DNA of 40,080 nt from Actinomycetota bacterium (GTDB lineage: Bacteria; Actinomycetota; Actinomycetes; Nanopelagicales; Nanopelagicaceae), in NCBI GenBank assembly GCA_009702205.1, contig WLIM01000001.1, positions 1 through 40,080 on the forward strand, read 5' to 3'. The position numbers were made by a program, and so were the translations under genes. Every line of letters starts with the position of its first letter. The first letter of the stretch is position 1. The notes below the pieces were generated by a model that saw nothing but the letters and a program-made list of their open reading frames with translations, did not search any database and was not told the DNA's origin. Below are positions 21,716 to 35,070 of this stretch, in pieces.

Positions 21716-22129
21716 GTGTTGCGAAGCCTAGAGATAGCTCTCTATCTTTATTTTGCAATTACGATTTCAATTTACGACTGCAAATCTCACCTTATTCGTA
21801 ATCGTGAACTAGTAAAATTTCTCGCCCTAAGCGCAGCACTCAATATATTTTCAGGCCATTTTCAAGGTTTCGCAATTGCGGCAGCTCTTCTTCCAATAGC
21901 TCTTCTAGTGGTATCAATTTTTGGCAACAAGATCGGTTCCGGTGATCTAAAGCTCTATTTAGTTCTAGCAATATGGTGTTGTGATATACAGAGCTGGTTT
22001 ACCTATTTTGCTTACTCCTGGATATTGGGCGGCATCTATGGCGTTCTTCTTATTTTTCGGGGAAAGGGGCGCCTTCAAAGAATTGCTTTCGCCCCTTTTA
22101 TTTTTCTCGGTTTTTTACCGGCCATTTAG
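21716..22129 (+). CDS. Short A24-family prepilin peptidase (TadV/CpaA-like)
   Basis: Hydrophobic; first Asp in IYDCKSHLIRN, second in IGSGDLKL, C-terminal IAFAPFI; usual position between aroE and aroC. Confidence 0.75.
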   Translation: MLRSLEIALYLYFAITISIYDCKSHLIRNRELVKFLALSAALNIFSGHFQGFAIAAALLPIALLVVSIFGNKIGSGDLKLYLVLAIWCCDIQSWFTYFAYSWILGGIYGVLLIFRGKGRLQRIAFAPFIFLGFLPAI

Positions 22130-22222
22130 CGCAAATAGTGTGCGAGTCAAGATGGTTTTCTGCCACAATAGGCTATGTAACTAAGCGCGGTTGTTGCGCC
22201 AAATTTATTGAGGAGATAGCCC

Positions 22223-23407
22223 GTGATTCGATGGTTAACGGCTGGCGAATCGCACGGACCTGCACTTACTGCAATCCTCGAGGGCATGCCAGCGCATATT
22301 GAAATAACGAAAGAGATGATTGATGCAGATCTCTCTCGCCGCCGTCTTGGCTTTGGACGTGGTGCTAGACAAAATTTTGAAGCCGATCTGGTCTCCATTC
22401 TTGGTGGCGTACGACATGGTGAATCACAAGGTGGACCGATTTCACTTCAAATTGCCAACTCTGAATGGCCAAAGTGGGAGAAGGTTATGTCTCCTGGAAT
22501 CGTTGATAAGAAAGAATTAAGCGAATTGGCGCGCAATGCACCACTAACTAGACCGCGACCTGGGCATGCTGATTTAGTTGGAATGCAGAAATATGACTTT
22601 GACGATGCAAGGCCTATTTTGGAACGTGCAAGCGCTCGAGAAACCGCAGCCAGAGTTGCACTCGGAGCAATAGCTCGCGCATTTTTAGAACAAAGTGTTG
22701 GAATTAAAATCATGAGCCATGTTCTTTCGATCGGCAGCGCCACTGCTGGCGTTGATTACAAATTGCCTCAATTTGAAGAGAAAGCTGCAATCGATTCTGA
22801 TCCAGTTCGCGCAGCTGACAAAAAACTAAGCGAAGCAATGGTTGCAGAGATTGAGGCTGCACATAAGGATGGCGATACTTTAGGTGGGGTAGTAGAAGTA
22901 TTGGCATTCGGAGTTCCAGTAGGGCTTGGATCTCATGCACATTGGGATCGTCGCTTGGACTCGAAACTTGCTGGCGCACTAATGGGAATTCAAGCTATTA
23001 AAGGCGTAGAAATTGGCGACGGATTTGAATCAGCAAAGCGTCGCGGATCGAAAGCCCACGACGAAATAGAAAAAGATGCTTCAGGAAAAATTGTTCGCCG
23101 AACAGATCGAGCAGGTGGAACTGAAGGTGGTATGACTAACGGTGAAATCCTGCGTGTAAGAGCAGCGATGAAACCAATATCTACCGTGCCGAAAGCGCTC
23201 GACACAATCGACACAGCCACTGGCGCCGCTGCGAAAGCAATCAATCAGAGATCTGATGTTTGCGCTGTACCAGCTGCCGGAATTGTTGCTGAAGCTATGG
23301 TCGCTCTAGTTCTTGCTGATGCAGTTTTAGAAAAATTCGGCGGAGATAGCGTTGCTCAGGTAACTCGAAACTACAAAGCATTTATCGAAAATCTGGAAAT
23401 CGTCTAA
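22223..23407 (+). CDS. aroC: Chorismate synthase
   Basis: [48 protein letters not shown]; GAGGAG SD. Confidence 0.98.
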   Translation: MIRWLTAGESHGPALTAILEGMPAHIEITKEMIDADLSRRRLGFGRGARQNFEADLVSILGGVRHGESQGGPISLQIANSEWPKWEKVMSPGIVDKKELSELARNAPLTRPRPGHADLVGMQKYDFDDARPILERASARETAARVALGAIARAFLEQSVGIKIMSHVLSIGSATAGVDYKLPQFEEKAAIDSDPVRAADKKLSEAMVAEIEAAHKDGDTLGGVVEVLAFGVPVGLGSHAHWDRRLDSKLAGALMGIQAIKGVEIGDGFESAKRRGSKAHDEIEKDASGKIVRRTDRAGGTEGGMTNGEILRVRAAMKPISTVPKALDTIDTATGAAAKAINQRSDVCAVPAAGIVAEAMVALVLADAVLEKFGGDSVAQVTRNYKAFIENLEIV

Positions 23408-23916
23408 TGCCAAGGGCGGTTCTAATTGGCCCGCCAGGAGCGGGAAAATCTTCAGTTGGCAGGCAGTTAGCAAAGATTCTTGAATGTGAAATTCTAGATA
23501 CTGATTTAGAGATAGAAAAGAAGTCAGGAAAGAAGATTGCAGAAATTTTTACAGAAGATGGTGAACCAGCGTTCCGTGCGTTAGAGCGAGAAGTTGTCTT
23601 AGCTGCGCTTACTACGGCTTCTGGAGTTGTAGCACTTGGTGGCGGTTCTATTCTTGATAATGAAGTGGCAGATTACTTAAGCAAAAGTTCGATTCCGATT
23701 GCTTATTTAGAAGTATCTATTTCCCAAGCTGCTCCTCGTGTTGGTTTTAATAAAGAACGTCCACTGCTTGCGCTCAACCCAAGACAACAATGGATGTCAC
23801 TGATGGAAAAACGTCGGCCAATTTATGAATCGCTTGCAACCTTTAAAGTTGCAACTGATAATCGCAAGCCTGCGGAAGTTGCACAAGAAATTGCTAGCTC
23901 GATTGGAGCGAAGTAA
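23407..23916 (+). CDS. aroK: Shikimate kinase
   Basis: GPPGAGKS, DTD, GEPAFRALE, LGGGS, RPLL. Confidence 0.96.
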   Translation: MPRAVLIGPPGAGKSSVGRQLAKILECEILDTDLEIEKKSGKKIAEIFTEDGEPAFRALEREVVLAALTTASGVVALGGGSILDNEVADYLSKSSIPIAYLEVSISQAAPRVGFNKERPLLALNPRQQWMSLMEKRRPIYESLATFKVATDNRKPAEVAQEIASSIGAK

Positions 23917-24947
23917 TGGAGTCGATAAAGATCAGTGCCGAACATGAATACGAGATATTTTTTGTTGATGACTGGAGAAGTGAATTAGCAAAGATTTCGG
24001 ATTCTTACGAGAAGGTATTAGCCCTAATCCCGCAATCCCTCTATAGCCTCTTTGAAATTTCGAAGATGAAGTTAGAGAACGTGCAATTCTTAGCTACCCC
24101 TGAAGGTGAAGCCGCAAAGAGCCAAGAATTCTTGGCTAAAGTCTGGCTTGAATGCGGGAATTTCGGATTAACAAGAAGTGATTGCATCGTGGGAATCGGT
24201 GGTGGATCCACAACTGACTTAGCTGGATTCGCTGCCGCATCTTGGTTGCGCGGTATTAATTGGTATGCAATACCAACTTCATTGGCTGGAATGGTTGATG
24301 CAGCAATTGGCGGCAAAACTGGAATCAATAGCGGACATGGTAAAAATTTGATTGGAGCTTTCCATTCACCAAAGGGTGTATATATTGATTTAGAATTCTT
24401 AACGTCACTAAGTGAGCGAGATATCAATGCTGGCATGGCAGAGGTATTGAAGGCTGGCTTTATCTCGGATTCGAAAATTTTAGATTTAGCTCAAGATGCG
24501 AAATCCAATATTGCAGAGTTGATTTGGCGGGGAGTGAAGGTAAAAGCTGAAGTAGTTAGCGCAGATTTCAAAGAGAGCAAACTGCGAGAAGCCCTTAATT
24601 ATGGACACACTCTCGGACATGCAATTGAAAAGAATGAAGAGTACAACTTGCGCCATGGTGAAGCGGTTGCGATTGGTTTAGTGTTCGCCGCCGAATTGAG
24701 CAATATCACTGGAAATTTGGCGACTGAGATTGTGACCAAACATCGTGAGCTATTAGCATCTTTCAATCTACCTATTACTTACAAGCAAGGGGAGTTTGTC
24801 CGACTTGTGGAATTGATGGCCGGTGACAAGAAGAGCAGAGGCTCAAAGCTCAGATTTATTGGGTTATCGCAAATTGGAAAAGTTATCTGGTTAGAGTCAG
24901 TAACATCCGACCAACTAAAGCAGGCTTATGAGAGAATTTCTTCATGA
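23916..24947 (+). CDS. aroB: 3-dehydroquinate synthase
   Basis: GGGSTTDLAGF, MVDAAIGGKTGIN, KNLIGAFH, LNYGHTLGHAIE, HGEAVAIG. Confidence 0.97.
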   Translation: MESIKISAEHEYEIFFVDDWRSELAKISDSYEKVLALIPQSLYSLFEISKMKLENVQFLATPEGEAAKSQEFLAKVWLECGNFGLTRSDCIVGIGGGSTTDLAGFAAASWLRGINWYAIPTSLAGMVDAAIGGKTGINSGHGKNLIGAFHSPKGVYIDLEFLTSLSERDINAGMAEVLKAGFISDSKILDLAQDAKSNIAELIWRGVKVKAEVVSADFKESKLREALNYGHTLGHAIEKNEEYNLRHGEAVAIGLVFAAELSNITGNLATEIVTKHRELLASFNLPITYKQGEFVRLVELMAGDKKSRGSKLRFIGLSQIGKVIWLESVTSDQLKQAYERISS

Positions 24948-25384
24948 AAATATTAGTTCTCAATGGTCCTAATTTGGGGCGACTAGATCTTCGAGATTCA
25001 AAGATTTATGGAGATATAGATTTTGCAGGTCTAACGAATTTCATCATCAAAAGTGGGGAAGAATTGGCTCTAACTTGTGATGTTAGGCAGAGCGATAGCG
25101 AAGTAGAAATAATTTCGTGGTTGCATGAAGCAGCAGATAAGAACCTTCCTGTCATTATCAATCCAGCAGCTTTCACGCATTACTCATATGCGATTAGAGA
25201 TGCGGCCGACATGGTCACCGGACCGCTAATTGAAGTGCACTTATCTAACCCAATGTCTCGTGAAGAATTCCGTCATACCTCAGTAATCTCTGGTGTTGCG
25301 GATGGGACTATCGCTGGTTTTGGTCCAAATTCATATCGGTTGGCGCTAATTGCCATCAGCGATTTAATGAAGGCTGCTAAGTAA
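24944..25384 (+). CDS. aroQ: Type II 3-dehydroquinate dehydratase
   Basis: LNGPNL, NPAAFTHYS, EVHLSNP..REEFRHTS. Confidence 0.96.
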   Translation: MKILVLNGPNLGRLDLRDSKIYGDIDFAGLTNFIIKSGEELALTCDVRQSDSEVEIISWLHEAADKNLPVIINPAAFTHYSYAIRDAADMVTGPLIEVHLSNPMSREEFRHTSVISGVADGTIAGFGPNSYRLALIAISDLMKAAK

Positions 25385-25467
25385 CTCGGATTTTTCTAGG
25401 GTATTCTTGGCCACTTACGGCGGCCGCAAATCGCAGGTTAGCTTTTTCTTGAAATGGAACTTTGATT

Positions 25468-26028
25468 ATGGCAACAACAAATGATCTCAAAAATGGCATG
25501 ACTCTAGATATTGAAGGTCAATTGTGGAACGTCGTTGAGTTTCAACATGTGAAACCAGGTAAGGGACCAGCATTCGTTAGAACCAAGCTGAAGTCAGTTA
25601 CAACTGGCAAAGTTATCGATCGCACTCTTAATGCCGGAGTAAAGGTCGACGTCGCAGTTCTTGAAAAGCGCGACATGACTTTCCTTTATCGAGATGGCGA
25701 TGACTTTGTTTTTATGGATCAAAAAACTTTCGACCAGATGAATATCAGCGCCGCAATTGTTGGAGATAGCGCCGATTACATGTTGGAAAATTGCGAGGCC
25801 AACGTTGCAATTCACGAGGGTAATCCACTTTATATAGACCTTCCTGCATCGGTAGAGCTTACGATTACTTATACCGAACCTGGATTGCAAGGAGATCGTT
25901 CATCTGGTGGCACCAAACCAGCAACTTTGGAGACCGGGATCACTGTTCAAGTTCCACTCTTCATCAAACAAGATGAGAAAGTTTTGGTTGATACTCGCAC
26001 TGGAGCTTATCTAGGTCGAGCAAACTAG
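25468..26028 (+). CDS. efp: Elongation factor P
   Basis: [55 protein letters not shown] at 25468 preferred. Confidence 0.97.
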   Translation: MATTNDLKNGMTLDIEGQLWNVVEFQHVKPGKGPAFVRTKLKSVTTGKVIDRTLNAGVKVDVAVLEKRDMTFLYRDGDDFVFMDQKTFDQMNISAAIVGDSADYMLENCEANVAIHEGNPLYIDLPASVELTITYTEPGLQGDRSSGGTKPATLETGITVQVPLFIKQDEKVLVDTRTGAYLGRAN

Positions 26029-26435
26029 TGAGCGCACGCCGCAAGGCGCGCAAGCGTGCTTTAGATTTTCTATACGAAGCTGATATTCGTGGTGCTAGCG
26101 CTTTAGATTTACTTGCATCTCGCCCAGCCGAAGAACTTTCCCAAGGAGATTATGTAGGGCAGTTACTGCATGGGGTAGAAGAGCATCGCCTAAAAATTGA
26201 TGAATTAATTACGACATATGCCCAAGGTTGGGATATGGATCGAATGCCGGCTATAGATCGAAATATTTTGCGAATCGCACTACTAGAAATACTGTGGCTA
26301 GAAGGTTTAGATGATCAGATTGCGATCTCGGAAGCTGTTGAAATTGCGACCGAACTTTCAACTGATGATTCAGCAAAATATATAAATGGTGTGCTCGGTC
26401 GCATTGTTATTTTAAAGCCATCATTTGCACTTTAG
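26028..26435 (+). CDS. nusB: Transcription antitermination factor NusB
   Basis: ARRKARKRA, WDMDRMPAIDRNILR, EAVEIATELSTDDSAKYINGVL. Confidence 0.96.
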   Translation: MSARRKARKRALDFLYEADIRGASALDLLASRPAEELSQGDYVGQLLHGVEEHRLKIDELITTYAQGWDMDRMPAIDRNILRIALLEILWLEGLDDQIAISEAVEIATELSTDDSAKYINGVLGRIVILKPSFAL

Positions 26436-26917
26436 CGCTTAACTAATAACAATCTATTAGCGGCAAGAAATTCATATGCCCCATTTTCATCCTTATTGAT
26501 TAATAGTCCGATGGTTCCGAGGTCACTATTTCTTATGGATAAAACCTCGCCATTCCAATCACGCCTCCTGGCGCAAATCAAGGTTGCAAAATTTCTGATT
26601 GCCTCAAGTTCGGGAAGATAGGGGTTGGGATTACTTGTCGCTCTAATATCTAAAGTTATTTTGCCGCCCAGACTAGAGCTTTCTACCTTGGCTATACCTA
26701 GAAGTTGCTCCAGCGGGACTTGGTAGAAATTGGCGAGTGAAACTGCTTTCTTCACCGAAAGCGCTCGATCGCAGCGTTCATAAGAGCCGATAACGACGGC
26801 TTTCCAAATTCCATTTGATTTAATCTCGACCTCCATAAGTGTTAGGCCCTTGGCTTTCCTTACAGCCTTTATAGAAGCTGCGATTTCTTCAATTGAACGT
26901 TCTGGAATATTTAGCAT
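26432..26917 (-). CDS. bldD: BldD-family XRE transcriptional regulator
   Basis: VE.KS.G.WKAVVIGSYERCDRA...LANFYQVP matches the Streptomyces BldD HTH as I recall it (WKAVVVGSYERGDRA...LADFYGVP); CTD KITLD and RRDWNGEVLSIRNSD; same nusB/pyrR-divergent position as bldD. Confidence 0.88.
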   Translation of the reverse strand: MLNIPERSIEEIAASIKAVRKAKGLTLMEVEIKSNGIWKAVVIGSYERCDRALSVKKAVSLANFYQVPLEQLLGIAKVESSSLGGKITLDIRATSNPNPYLPELEAIRNFATLICARRRDWNGEVLSIRNSDLGTIGLLINKDENGAYEFLAANRLLLVKR

Positions 26918-26967
26918 GTAGTGAGGATAGGCAGCGAGAGTCGCAGATGGATTTGTCTATCCACAGG

Positions 26968-26976
26968 TGGTATCTT
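26968..26976 (+). promoter_or_regulatory. Putative extended -10 of the pyr operon promoter
   Basis: TG-G-TATCTT about 25 nt upstream of the PyrR site. Confidence 0.4.
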
Positions 26977-27000
26977 TTCCCCGCCCGAGAGGCAAGAAAG

Positions 27001-28522
<1,522 letters not shown>

Positions 28523-29824
28523 GTGAAATACACAATTAAGAACGCTCGCATGTTGGATGATGCAATTGTTGACATTGAAATTGCTAATGGAGTTATAGCA
28601 AATATTGGAAAAGAGATAAGTGCTGGCGAGATCGTTGATGCGCAAAAGTCTCTAGTCATTCCAGGACTTGTAGATCTACATACGCATTTGCGAGAACCGG
28701 GTCGTGAAGACTCAGAAACCGTAGCAACTGGAAGCGCGGCTGCTGCTAAAGGTGGCTTTACTGCTATTTCAGCTATGGCAAATACTTTTCCAGTTGCTGA
28801 CACTGCTGGAGTAGTAGAGCAAGTATTTAGACTTGGACAAGAAGCTGGCCTATGCGATGTATTCCCAATCGGCGCAGTGACTGCCGGACTTGAGGGTAAG
28901 AAACTCGCTGAACTTGGGGCAATGGCAAATTCAAAAGCACAGGTAAGAATATTTAGCGATGATGGTAAATGCGTTTCAGATCCGCTTTTGATGCGTCGCG
29001 CTCTGGAATATGTAAAAACATTTAACGGAATTATCGCGCAGCATGCCCAAGAACCAGCTCTCACTGTAGGTTCGCAAATGAATGAAGGTCTAGTTTCCTC
29101 GAAGTTAGGTTTAACAGGCTGGCCAGCAGTCGCAGAAGAAGCGATAATTGCACGCGATATTCTTCTGGCAGAACATGTTGGAAGCCGTCTTCATATTTGT
29201 CATCTGACAACAGCGGGTGGCGTCGATTTAGTACGGTTTGCGAAATCACGCGGAATTAACGTTACTGCTGAAGTGACCCCTCATCATCTTCTGTTAACTG
29301 ATGAGTTGGTTAGTAATTACGATCCAGTCTTCAAAGTTAATCCACCTCTTCGCACTGAAAAAGATGTTATGGCGTTACGAAAAGGCTTAGCCGATGGAAC
29401 GATCGATATTGTTGGCACAGACCATGCTCCTCATCCAACAGAAGATAAAGATTGTGAATGGCAAAGTGCAGCGTTTGGAATGGTTGGGCTTGAAACTGCA
29501 CTATCGGTCGTAGTCAAAGCGATGATTGAAACCGAGCTAATGAGCTGGGAGACCTTGGTTGAGCGAATGTCGATTGCGCCTGCAAAAATTGCAGGTTACG
29601 CCAAACACGGTCAGATTGTGGCGAAAGGCTCACCCGCAAATCTCGCAATTATCGATACTTCGGCGACATGGATTGTCGACCGTAATACACTCGCTTCAAA
29701 GAGCAAGAACACTCCTTTTGCCGGCATGACAATGCCTGCACAAGTTCGCCACACCTTTCTCAACGGTGATCTTGTTTTGAAGAATGGGCAAATTGTTTCG
29801 AAAATGAATGGGGGAAGCAATTGA
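28523..29824 (+). CDS. pyrC: Dihydroorotase
   Basis: [41 protein letters not shown]. Confidence 0.97.
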   Translation: MKYTIKNARMLDDAIVDIEIANGVIANIGKEISAGEIVDAQKSLVIPGLVDLHTHLREPGREDSETVATGSAAAAKGGFTAISAMANTFPVADTAGVVEQVFRLGQEAGLCDVFPIGAVTAGLEGKKLAELGAMANSKAQVRIFSDDGKCVSDPLLMRRALEYVKTFNGIIAQHAQEPALTVGSQMNEGLVSSKLGLTGWPAVAEEAIIARDILLAEHVGSRLHICHLTTAGGVDLVRFAKSRGINVTAEVTPHHLLLTDELVSNYDPVFKVNPPLRTEKDVMALRKGLADGTIDIVGTDHAPHPTEDKDCEWQSAAFGMVGLETALSVVVKAMIETELMSWETLVERMSIAPAKIAGYAKHGQIVAKGSPANLAIIDTSATWIVDRNTLASKSKNTPFAGMTMPAQVRHTFLNGDLVLKNGQIVSKMNGGSN

Positions 29825-30942
29825 GTAAGGCTTACCTCGTCCTTGATGATGGTTCAATTTTTGAAGGAGAAAGTTGGGCTCTCGAAGGCGAAACTTTTGG
29901 GGAAGCAGTATTTTCAACTGGAATGACTGGTTACCAGGAAACCCTTACCGATCCTTCGTATCACAAGCAAGTTGTAATCATGACTGCGCCACATATTGGT
30001 AATACTGGAATGAATAGTACGGATGAAGAGTCATCGAAAATTTGGGTGAGTGGATTTGTTGTTCGAAATCCATCTCCTGTTGTAAGCAATTGGCGTGCGA
30101 CTAGAAGTTTAGAAGACGATCTAATTTCCAACGGTGTCGTCGGAATTCGTGGTGTGGACACCCGCGCGATCACTCGACATTTGCGCGATCTTGGCTCCAT
30201 GCGAGTTGGAATATTTTCGAACACGCAATTATCGCGTGAAGAGATGGTTATAAAAGTTCGAAAGTTGCCACAGATGGCTGGTTCGTTTTTGGCGGATGAT
30301 GTTTCTACAAAATCTACATATGTGGTTCCAGCAATTGGTGAAAAACGCTTCAAAGTGGTTGCACTTGATATGGGTATAAAAGCAGCGACTCCACGTTCAA
30401 TGTCGGAGCGTGGAATAGAAGTGCATGTAGTGCCATCACGAATAACTTTCGAAGAGATTGTTGCCATGAAGCCAGATGGTGTCTTTCTTTCAAATGGTCC
30501 TGGTGATCCCGCAACTATGGTCGATATGGTTTCTTTGGTTCGTGAAGTTCTTGCAGCCAAAATCCCACTCTTTGGAATCTGCTTCGGACATCAAATAATC
30601 GGGCGAGCACTCGGCTTTGAAACTTATAAGTTACCTTTTGGGCATCGCGGAATTAATCAACCAGTGAAGAATCTGCGTAGTGGAGTTGTTGAAATTACAG
30701 CTCACAACCATGGTTTTGCTGTTGCAGCGCCAGTTGAAGGAAATTTCAATACTATCTATGGTGCCGGTTTTGTTAGTCACGTTTGCTTAAATGACGGAGT
30801 GGTTGAAGGCCTAGAACTTCTCGAGACACCGGCTTTCAGCGTTCAATATCATCCAGAAGCTGCTGCAGGCCCGCACGATGCGAGCTATCTATTTGATCAA
30901 TTTGTAACACTAATGGCGAATGCGAGTGTTGCTAATGCCTAA
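29821..30942 (+). CDS. carA: Carbamoyl-phosphate synthase small subunit
   Basis: [47 protein letters not shown]. Confidence 0.98.
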   Translation: MSKAYLVLDDGSIFEGESWALEGETFGEAVFSTGMTGYQETLTDPSYHKQVVIMTAPHIGNTGMNSTDEESSKIWVSGFVVRNPSPVVSNWRATRSLEDDLISNGVVGIRGVDTRAITRHLRDLGSMRVGIFSNTQLSREEMVIKVRKLPQMAGSFLADDVSTKSTYVVPAIGEKRFKVVALDMGIKAATPRSMSERGIEVHVVPSRITFEEIVAMKPDGVFLSNGPGDPATMVDMVSLVREVLAAKIPLFGICFGHQIIGRALGFETYKLPFGHRGINQPVKNLRSGVVEITAHNHGFAVAAPVEGNFNTIYGAGFVSHVCLNDGVVEGLELLETPAFSVQYHPEAAAGPHDASYLFDQFVTLMANASVANA

Positions 30943-33900
30943 AGATAATTCAATTGAAAGCGTTCTTGTAATAGGAAGTGGTCCGATTGTTATTGGCCAG
31001 GCTTGTGAATTCGATTATTCTGGAACTCAAGCTTGCCGCGTACTTAGAAGTGAAGGCATTCGAGTTATTCTTATAAATTCAAATCCTGCAACAATTATGA
31101 CTGACCCGGAATTTGCTGATGCAACTTATATCGAACCGATAACACCTGAGATTATTGAACAGATAATAGTAAAAGAAAAGCCAACAGCAATACTCGCAAC
31201 ATTGGGCGGACAAACAGCGCTAAATGCTGCCATGCAACTCTATGAACGTGGTTCGTTAGAGCGGCTTGGCGTTAAATTGATCGGTGCAGATATTCCAGCA
31301 ATAAAGCGCGGCGAAGATCGGGAAACCTTTAAGGAAATCGTCGAGAAAATTGGCGGTTCATCTGCGAAATCAATCATTGCTCATACGATGGCAGAATGCA
31401 TTGCAGCTGCTGCCGAACTTAAGTATCCAGTTGTAGTTCGACCTTCTTTCACAATGGGCGGACTTGGTTCTGGTATTGCGCACAATCAAAGTGATCTTGA
31501 ATTGATAGCTGGGGCGGGGCTTCGCCATAGTCCAACAACCGAAGTTTTGTTAGAGGAATCTATAATTGGGTGGAAAGAGTTTGAACTCGAAGTTATGCGA
31601 GATCACAAAGATAACGTTGTGATTGTTTGCAGCATTGAAAATATTGACCCGATGGGGGTTCATACTGGTGATTCAATCACTGTCGCTCCTGCGTTAACAC
31701 TTACTGATGTGGAATATCAGAAACTTCGGGATCTATCTATCGACATCATACGTGAAGTAGGCGTTGCAACTGGTGGATGTAATATTCAATTCGCGGTTAA
31801 TCCGGCAGATGGCCGAATTATAGTTATTGAAATGAACCCTCGCGTTTCAAGATCTTCCGCACTTGCATCCAAGGCAACTGGTTTTCCAATTGCTAAAATA
31901 GCTACAAAGTTAGCCATTGGTTACACTTTGGATGAAATTCAAAACGATATTACTAAATCCACACCAGCTTCTTTCGAGCCAACCCTCGATTACATTGTTG
32001 TTAAGGTCCCTCGTTTCGCCTTTGAGAAATTCCCAGAAGCTGACACAAAGCTGACAACAACAATGAAGAGTGTTGGCGAAGCGATGGCAATTGGAAGATC
32101 TTTCCCGGAAGCGCTCCAGAAAGCTCTTCGTTCTGTTGAGAAAAAAGGTACAAGTTTTCATTGGAATACTTCCGGCGTCACTAAGGAATATCTGCTTTCA
32201 GCTATGTCTATTCCAACGGAGCATCGTCTGCAACAGATTCAGCTCGGGCTATATCTCGGTCTGAATATGCAAGAAGTGTTTGACGCAACAAAGGTAGATC
32301 CTTGGTTTCTCACACAAATTGTTGAAATAAATGAGGTAGCAAGTGCAATTAAGAATGAGAGTCCACTATCGGATGAACTTCTGCGTAAAGCGAAAACTTA
32401 TGGATTTTCAGATCAACAAATTGCTGAGCTAACGAATCAAAGTAGCTCTGATGTAATGGCAACACGTCATAGAATTGGCTTGCGGCCAGTTTATAAAACG
32501 GTTGATACCTGTGCTGCAGAGTTTGAAGCGCACACGCCATATCACTATTCGAGTTATGACTTGGAGACTGAAGTTGTAGCGCGGACAAAGCCTGCCGTTA
32601 TTATTCTTGGAAGTGGCCCAAACCGAATTGGTCAAGGTGTGGAATTCGATTATTCATGTGTTCATGCTGCATTTGCACTTAAGGATGCAGGCTTTGAAAC
32701 GATAATGATTAATTGCAATCCGGAGACTGTTTCTACTGATTACGATACTTCAGACCGGCTTTATTTCGAACCTTTAACTCTTGAAGATGTTCTAGAAGTT
32801 ATTCGGGCAGAAGAAAACGCGGGACCCGTAATTGGTGTAATTGCCCAACTAGGAGGACAGACACCACTTGGCTTAGCAAGAGGCTTACAAGAAGCTGGAG
32901 TCAAAATTTTAGGAACCTCGCCTGATGCAATCGATATGGCAGAAGATCGTGGCCAATTCGGTGAATTGCTAAATGTTAACTCTCTCATCGCGCCAACATT
33001 TGGAATGGCGAACACTTTCGATGAAGCTGTAGAAATTGCGCATCGAATAACTTACCCAGTTCTTGTTCGACCATCATTCGTATTAGGTGGTCGTGGCATG
33101 GAAATTGTCTACGACGATGAATCACTTGCAGAGTTCATACGAAAGGCAACTGAAATCACTCCGAATCATCCAGTTTTAATTGATAAATTTTTAGATGATG
33201 CTATCGAGATTGATGTTGACGCGCTTTTTGATGGGGAAGAGCTTTATCTTGCAGGTGTAATGGAACATATTGAAGAGGCAGGCGTGCATTCTGGAGATTC
33301 AGCTTGCGTGTTACCGAGCTATTCAATTAGTTCAGCTTTAGCTAGTGAGATCCGAGTTGCAACAATGAAGCTGGCAAGAGGTATCGGAGTTCGAGGTTTA
33401 ATTAATATTCAGTTTGCGGTTGCAAATAACGGATCTCCCAATGAAAAGCTCTATGTATTGGAAGCAAATCCAAGAGCATCAAGAACGGTGCCATTTGTAA
33501 GCAAGGCAACGGGGAATCCTCTGGCAAAGTGTGCTGCTCTAATATCCACCGGAAAAACGATCGCAGAATTGCGTATTGGTGGTTTTCTGCCAAATCTCGG
33601 AGACGGAGTTCCTAAGGGAATCTCGGTAAAGGAAGCGGTTCTTCCTTGGAATCGATTCCGCAGAAATGACGGAACCGGCGTTGATTCAGTACTTGGTCCA
33701 GAGATGCGTTCAACTGGCGAAGTTATGGGAATAGCAAGAACATTTGGTGAAGCTTATGCAAAGAGCCAGACTGCCGCATTTGGCGCGCTGCCATTAAGTG
33801 GTGCGGTCTTCTTGTCGCTCTCAGAGCGCGATAAGCAATCCGCGCTTTATCCTGCGCGGATATTGAATGATCTAGGATTCAAAATTTTTACTACACAAGG

Positions 33901-34216
33901 AACCCATGATTATTTAGCTAGCAATGGAGTTCAATCGGAGTTAGTTAGAAAACATTCACAAGGTCGTGGCCCACAAGGTGAATTCACTGCCGTTGATTTA
34001 ATAACGGAGGGCGTCGTAGGTTTAGTGATAAATACTCCTCTTGGCAGAGGAACTCGGTTAGATGGCTGGATGATTAGAACTGCAGCAATCCAACGTGGAG
34101 TCCCATGCATTACAACTATCGCTGGTTTCAAGGCGGCAGTGGCCGGCATCTCTGATCTTCAAGGAAAAAGTTTTGGAATTAATTCGATTCAAGAGTGGTT
34201 GGCGACCGCCGAATGA
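30935..34216 (+). CDS. carB: Carbamoyl-phosphate synthase large subunit
   Basis: MPKD..., [62 protein letters not shown]. Start at ATG 30935. Confidence 0.98.
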   Translation: MPKDNSIESVLVIGSGPIVIGQACEFDYSGTQACRVLRSEGIRVILINSNPATIMTDPEFADATYIEPITPEIIEQIIVKEKPTAILATLGGQTALNAAMQLYERGSLERLGVKLIGADIPAIKRGEDRETFKEIVEKIGGSSAKSIIAHTMAECIAAAAELKYPVVVRPSFTMGGLGSGIAHNQSDLELIAGAGLRHSPTTEVLLEESIIGWKEFELEVMRDHKDNVVIVCSIENIDPMGVHTGDSITVAPALTLTDVEYQKLRDLSIDIIREVGVATGGCNIQFAVNPADGRIIVIEMNPRVSRSSALASKATGFPIAKIATKLAIGYTLDEIQNDITKSTPASFEPTLDYIVVKVPRFAFEKFPEADTKLTTTMKSVGEAMAIGRSFPEALQKALRSVEKKGTSFHWNTSGVTKEYLLSAMSIPTEHRLQQIQLGLYLGLNMQEVFDATKVDPWFLTQIVEINEVASAIKNESPLSDELLRKAKTYGFSDQQIAELTNQSSSDVMATRHRIGLRPVYKTVDTCAAEFEAHTPYHYSSYDLETEVVARTKPAVIILGSGPNRIGQGVEFDYSCVHAAFALKDAGFETIMINCNPETVSTDYDTSDRLYFEPLTLEDVLEVIRAEENAGPVIGVIAQLGGQTPLGLARGLQEAGVKILGTSPDAIDMAEDRGQFGELLNVNSLIAPTFGMANTFDEAVEIAHRITYPVLVRPSFVLGGRGMEIVYDDESLAEFIRKATEITPNHPVLIDKFLDDAIEIDVDALFDGEELYLAGVMEHIEEAGVHSGDSACVLPSYSISSALASEIRVATMKLARGIGVRGLINIQFAVANNGSPNEKLYVLEANPRASRTVPFVSKATGNPLAKCAALISTGKTIAELRIGGFLPNLGDGVPKGISVKEAVLPWNRFRRNDGTGVDSVLGPEMRSTGEVMGIARTFGEAYAKSQTAAFGALPLSGAVFLSLSERDKQSALYPARILNDLGFKIFTTQGTHDYLASNGVQSELVRKHSQGRGPQGEFTAVDLITEGVVGLVINTPLGRGTRLDGWMIRTAAIQRGVPCITTIAGFKAAVAGISDLQGKSFGINSIQEWLATAE

Positions 34217-35070
34217 TGGGAATCAATAAGAACGCCGTTCAAGTTATGGCTGAAATCGTAAGCAATAAGAAAGTTGGCGCGTATAACCATATTGTTTTCT
34301 CGGTAGGCGATATAGCAAATCACGCTAAGCCGGGAAATTTTGTTGCTATTGCAGTGGGCGGAGCTAATAGTGCAATGGTTCTGCGTAGAGCTTTCGCTAT
34401 CTACCGAACTTTTGATAAAGGAAATAGCGGAGGATTGCTAGAAATAGTTGTGGCACCTCATGGCGCCGGTAGTACATGGTTAACTAACCAAGCTCCGGGA
34501 TTCAAAGTTGATTTGATCGCACCACTAGGAACGGCATTCGGAATTCCCACGCAACCAGTTCGAGCACTTCTAGTTGGGGGCGGATATGGAAGTGCACCGC
34601 TATTTGGTTTGTCTGAAGTCCTAAAGAATCGGGGCTGCAGAGTGGACATGGTTCTTGGAGCAAGCACTGCTATGAAGATATATGCACCATTGGATGGAAA
34701 ACGTTCTGTTAATAGCCTAACTATTGTCACCGAAGATGGAACAACAGGTTTAACTGGAAAAGTTACCGATGTTCTTGGTGACATTATTGAAACTAATGAA
34801 ATAGACATTATTTATTCTTGTGGACCTATGGGGATGTTGGAAGCAATTAATCAAATATCTTCTAATTTTGGCGTTGTGCATCAATGCGCAATCGAAGAAT
34901 CCATGGCCTGCGGGATTGGTGTCTGCATGACCTGCGTTCTTCCAATCAAAGGCGAAGATGGCGTTGTTCGCATGCTTAGATCATGTATCGATGGGCCGGT
35001 AGTAGATGGTGACACTGTGATTTGGAATTCTAAGAGAACGATCCCAGATGGAACTTGGGGCGCTCACTGA
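34213..35070 (+). CDS. pyrK: Dihydroorotate dehydrogenase electron transfer subunit
   Basis: LRRAFAI FAD motif, VGGGYG, CGP.GML, [2Fe-2S] motif [11 protein letters not shown]...CIDGPV. ATG 34213 overlaps the carB stop (ATGA). Confidence 0.92.
   Translation: MMGINKNAVQVMAEIVSNKKVGAYNHIVFSVGDIANHAKPGNFVAIAVGGANSAMVLRRAFAIYRTFDKGNSGGLLEIVVAPHGAGSTWLTNQAPGFKVDLIAPLGTAFGIPTQPVRALLVGGGYGSAPLFGLSEVLKNRGCRVDMVLGASTAMKIYAPLDGKRSVNSLTIVTEDGTTGLTGKVTDVLGDIIETNEIDIIYSCGPMGMLEAINQISSNFGVVHQCAIEESMACGIGVCMTCVLPIKGEDGVVRMLRSCIDGPVVDGDTVIWNSKRTIPDGTWGAH

Noticed and set aside
26432-26435. Convergent 4-nt overlap of the nusB and bldD stop regions as antisense regulation
   Set aside because: Common in compact genomes; nothing in the sequence supports a regulatory role.
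26911-26923. Possible BldD autoregulatory box over the bldD start (minus strand TCAC-TACAT-GCTA)
   Set aside because: Matches only part of the TNAC-N5-GTNA-type consensus and lacks the central conserved bases; too weak without comparative data.
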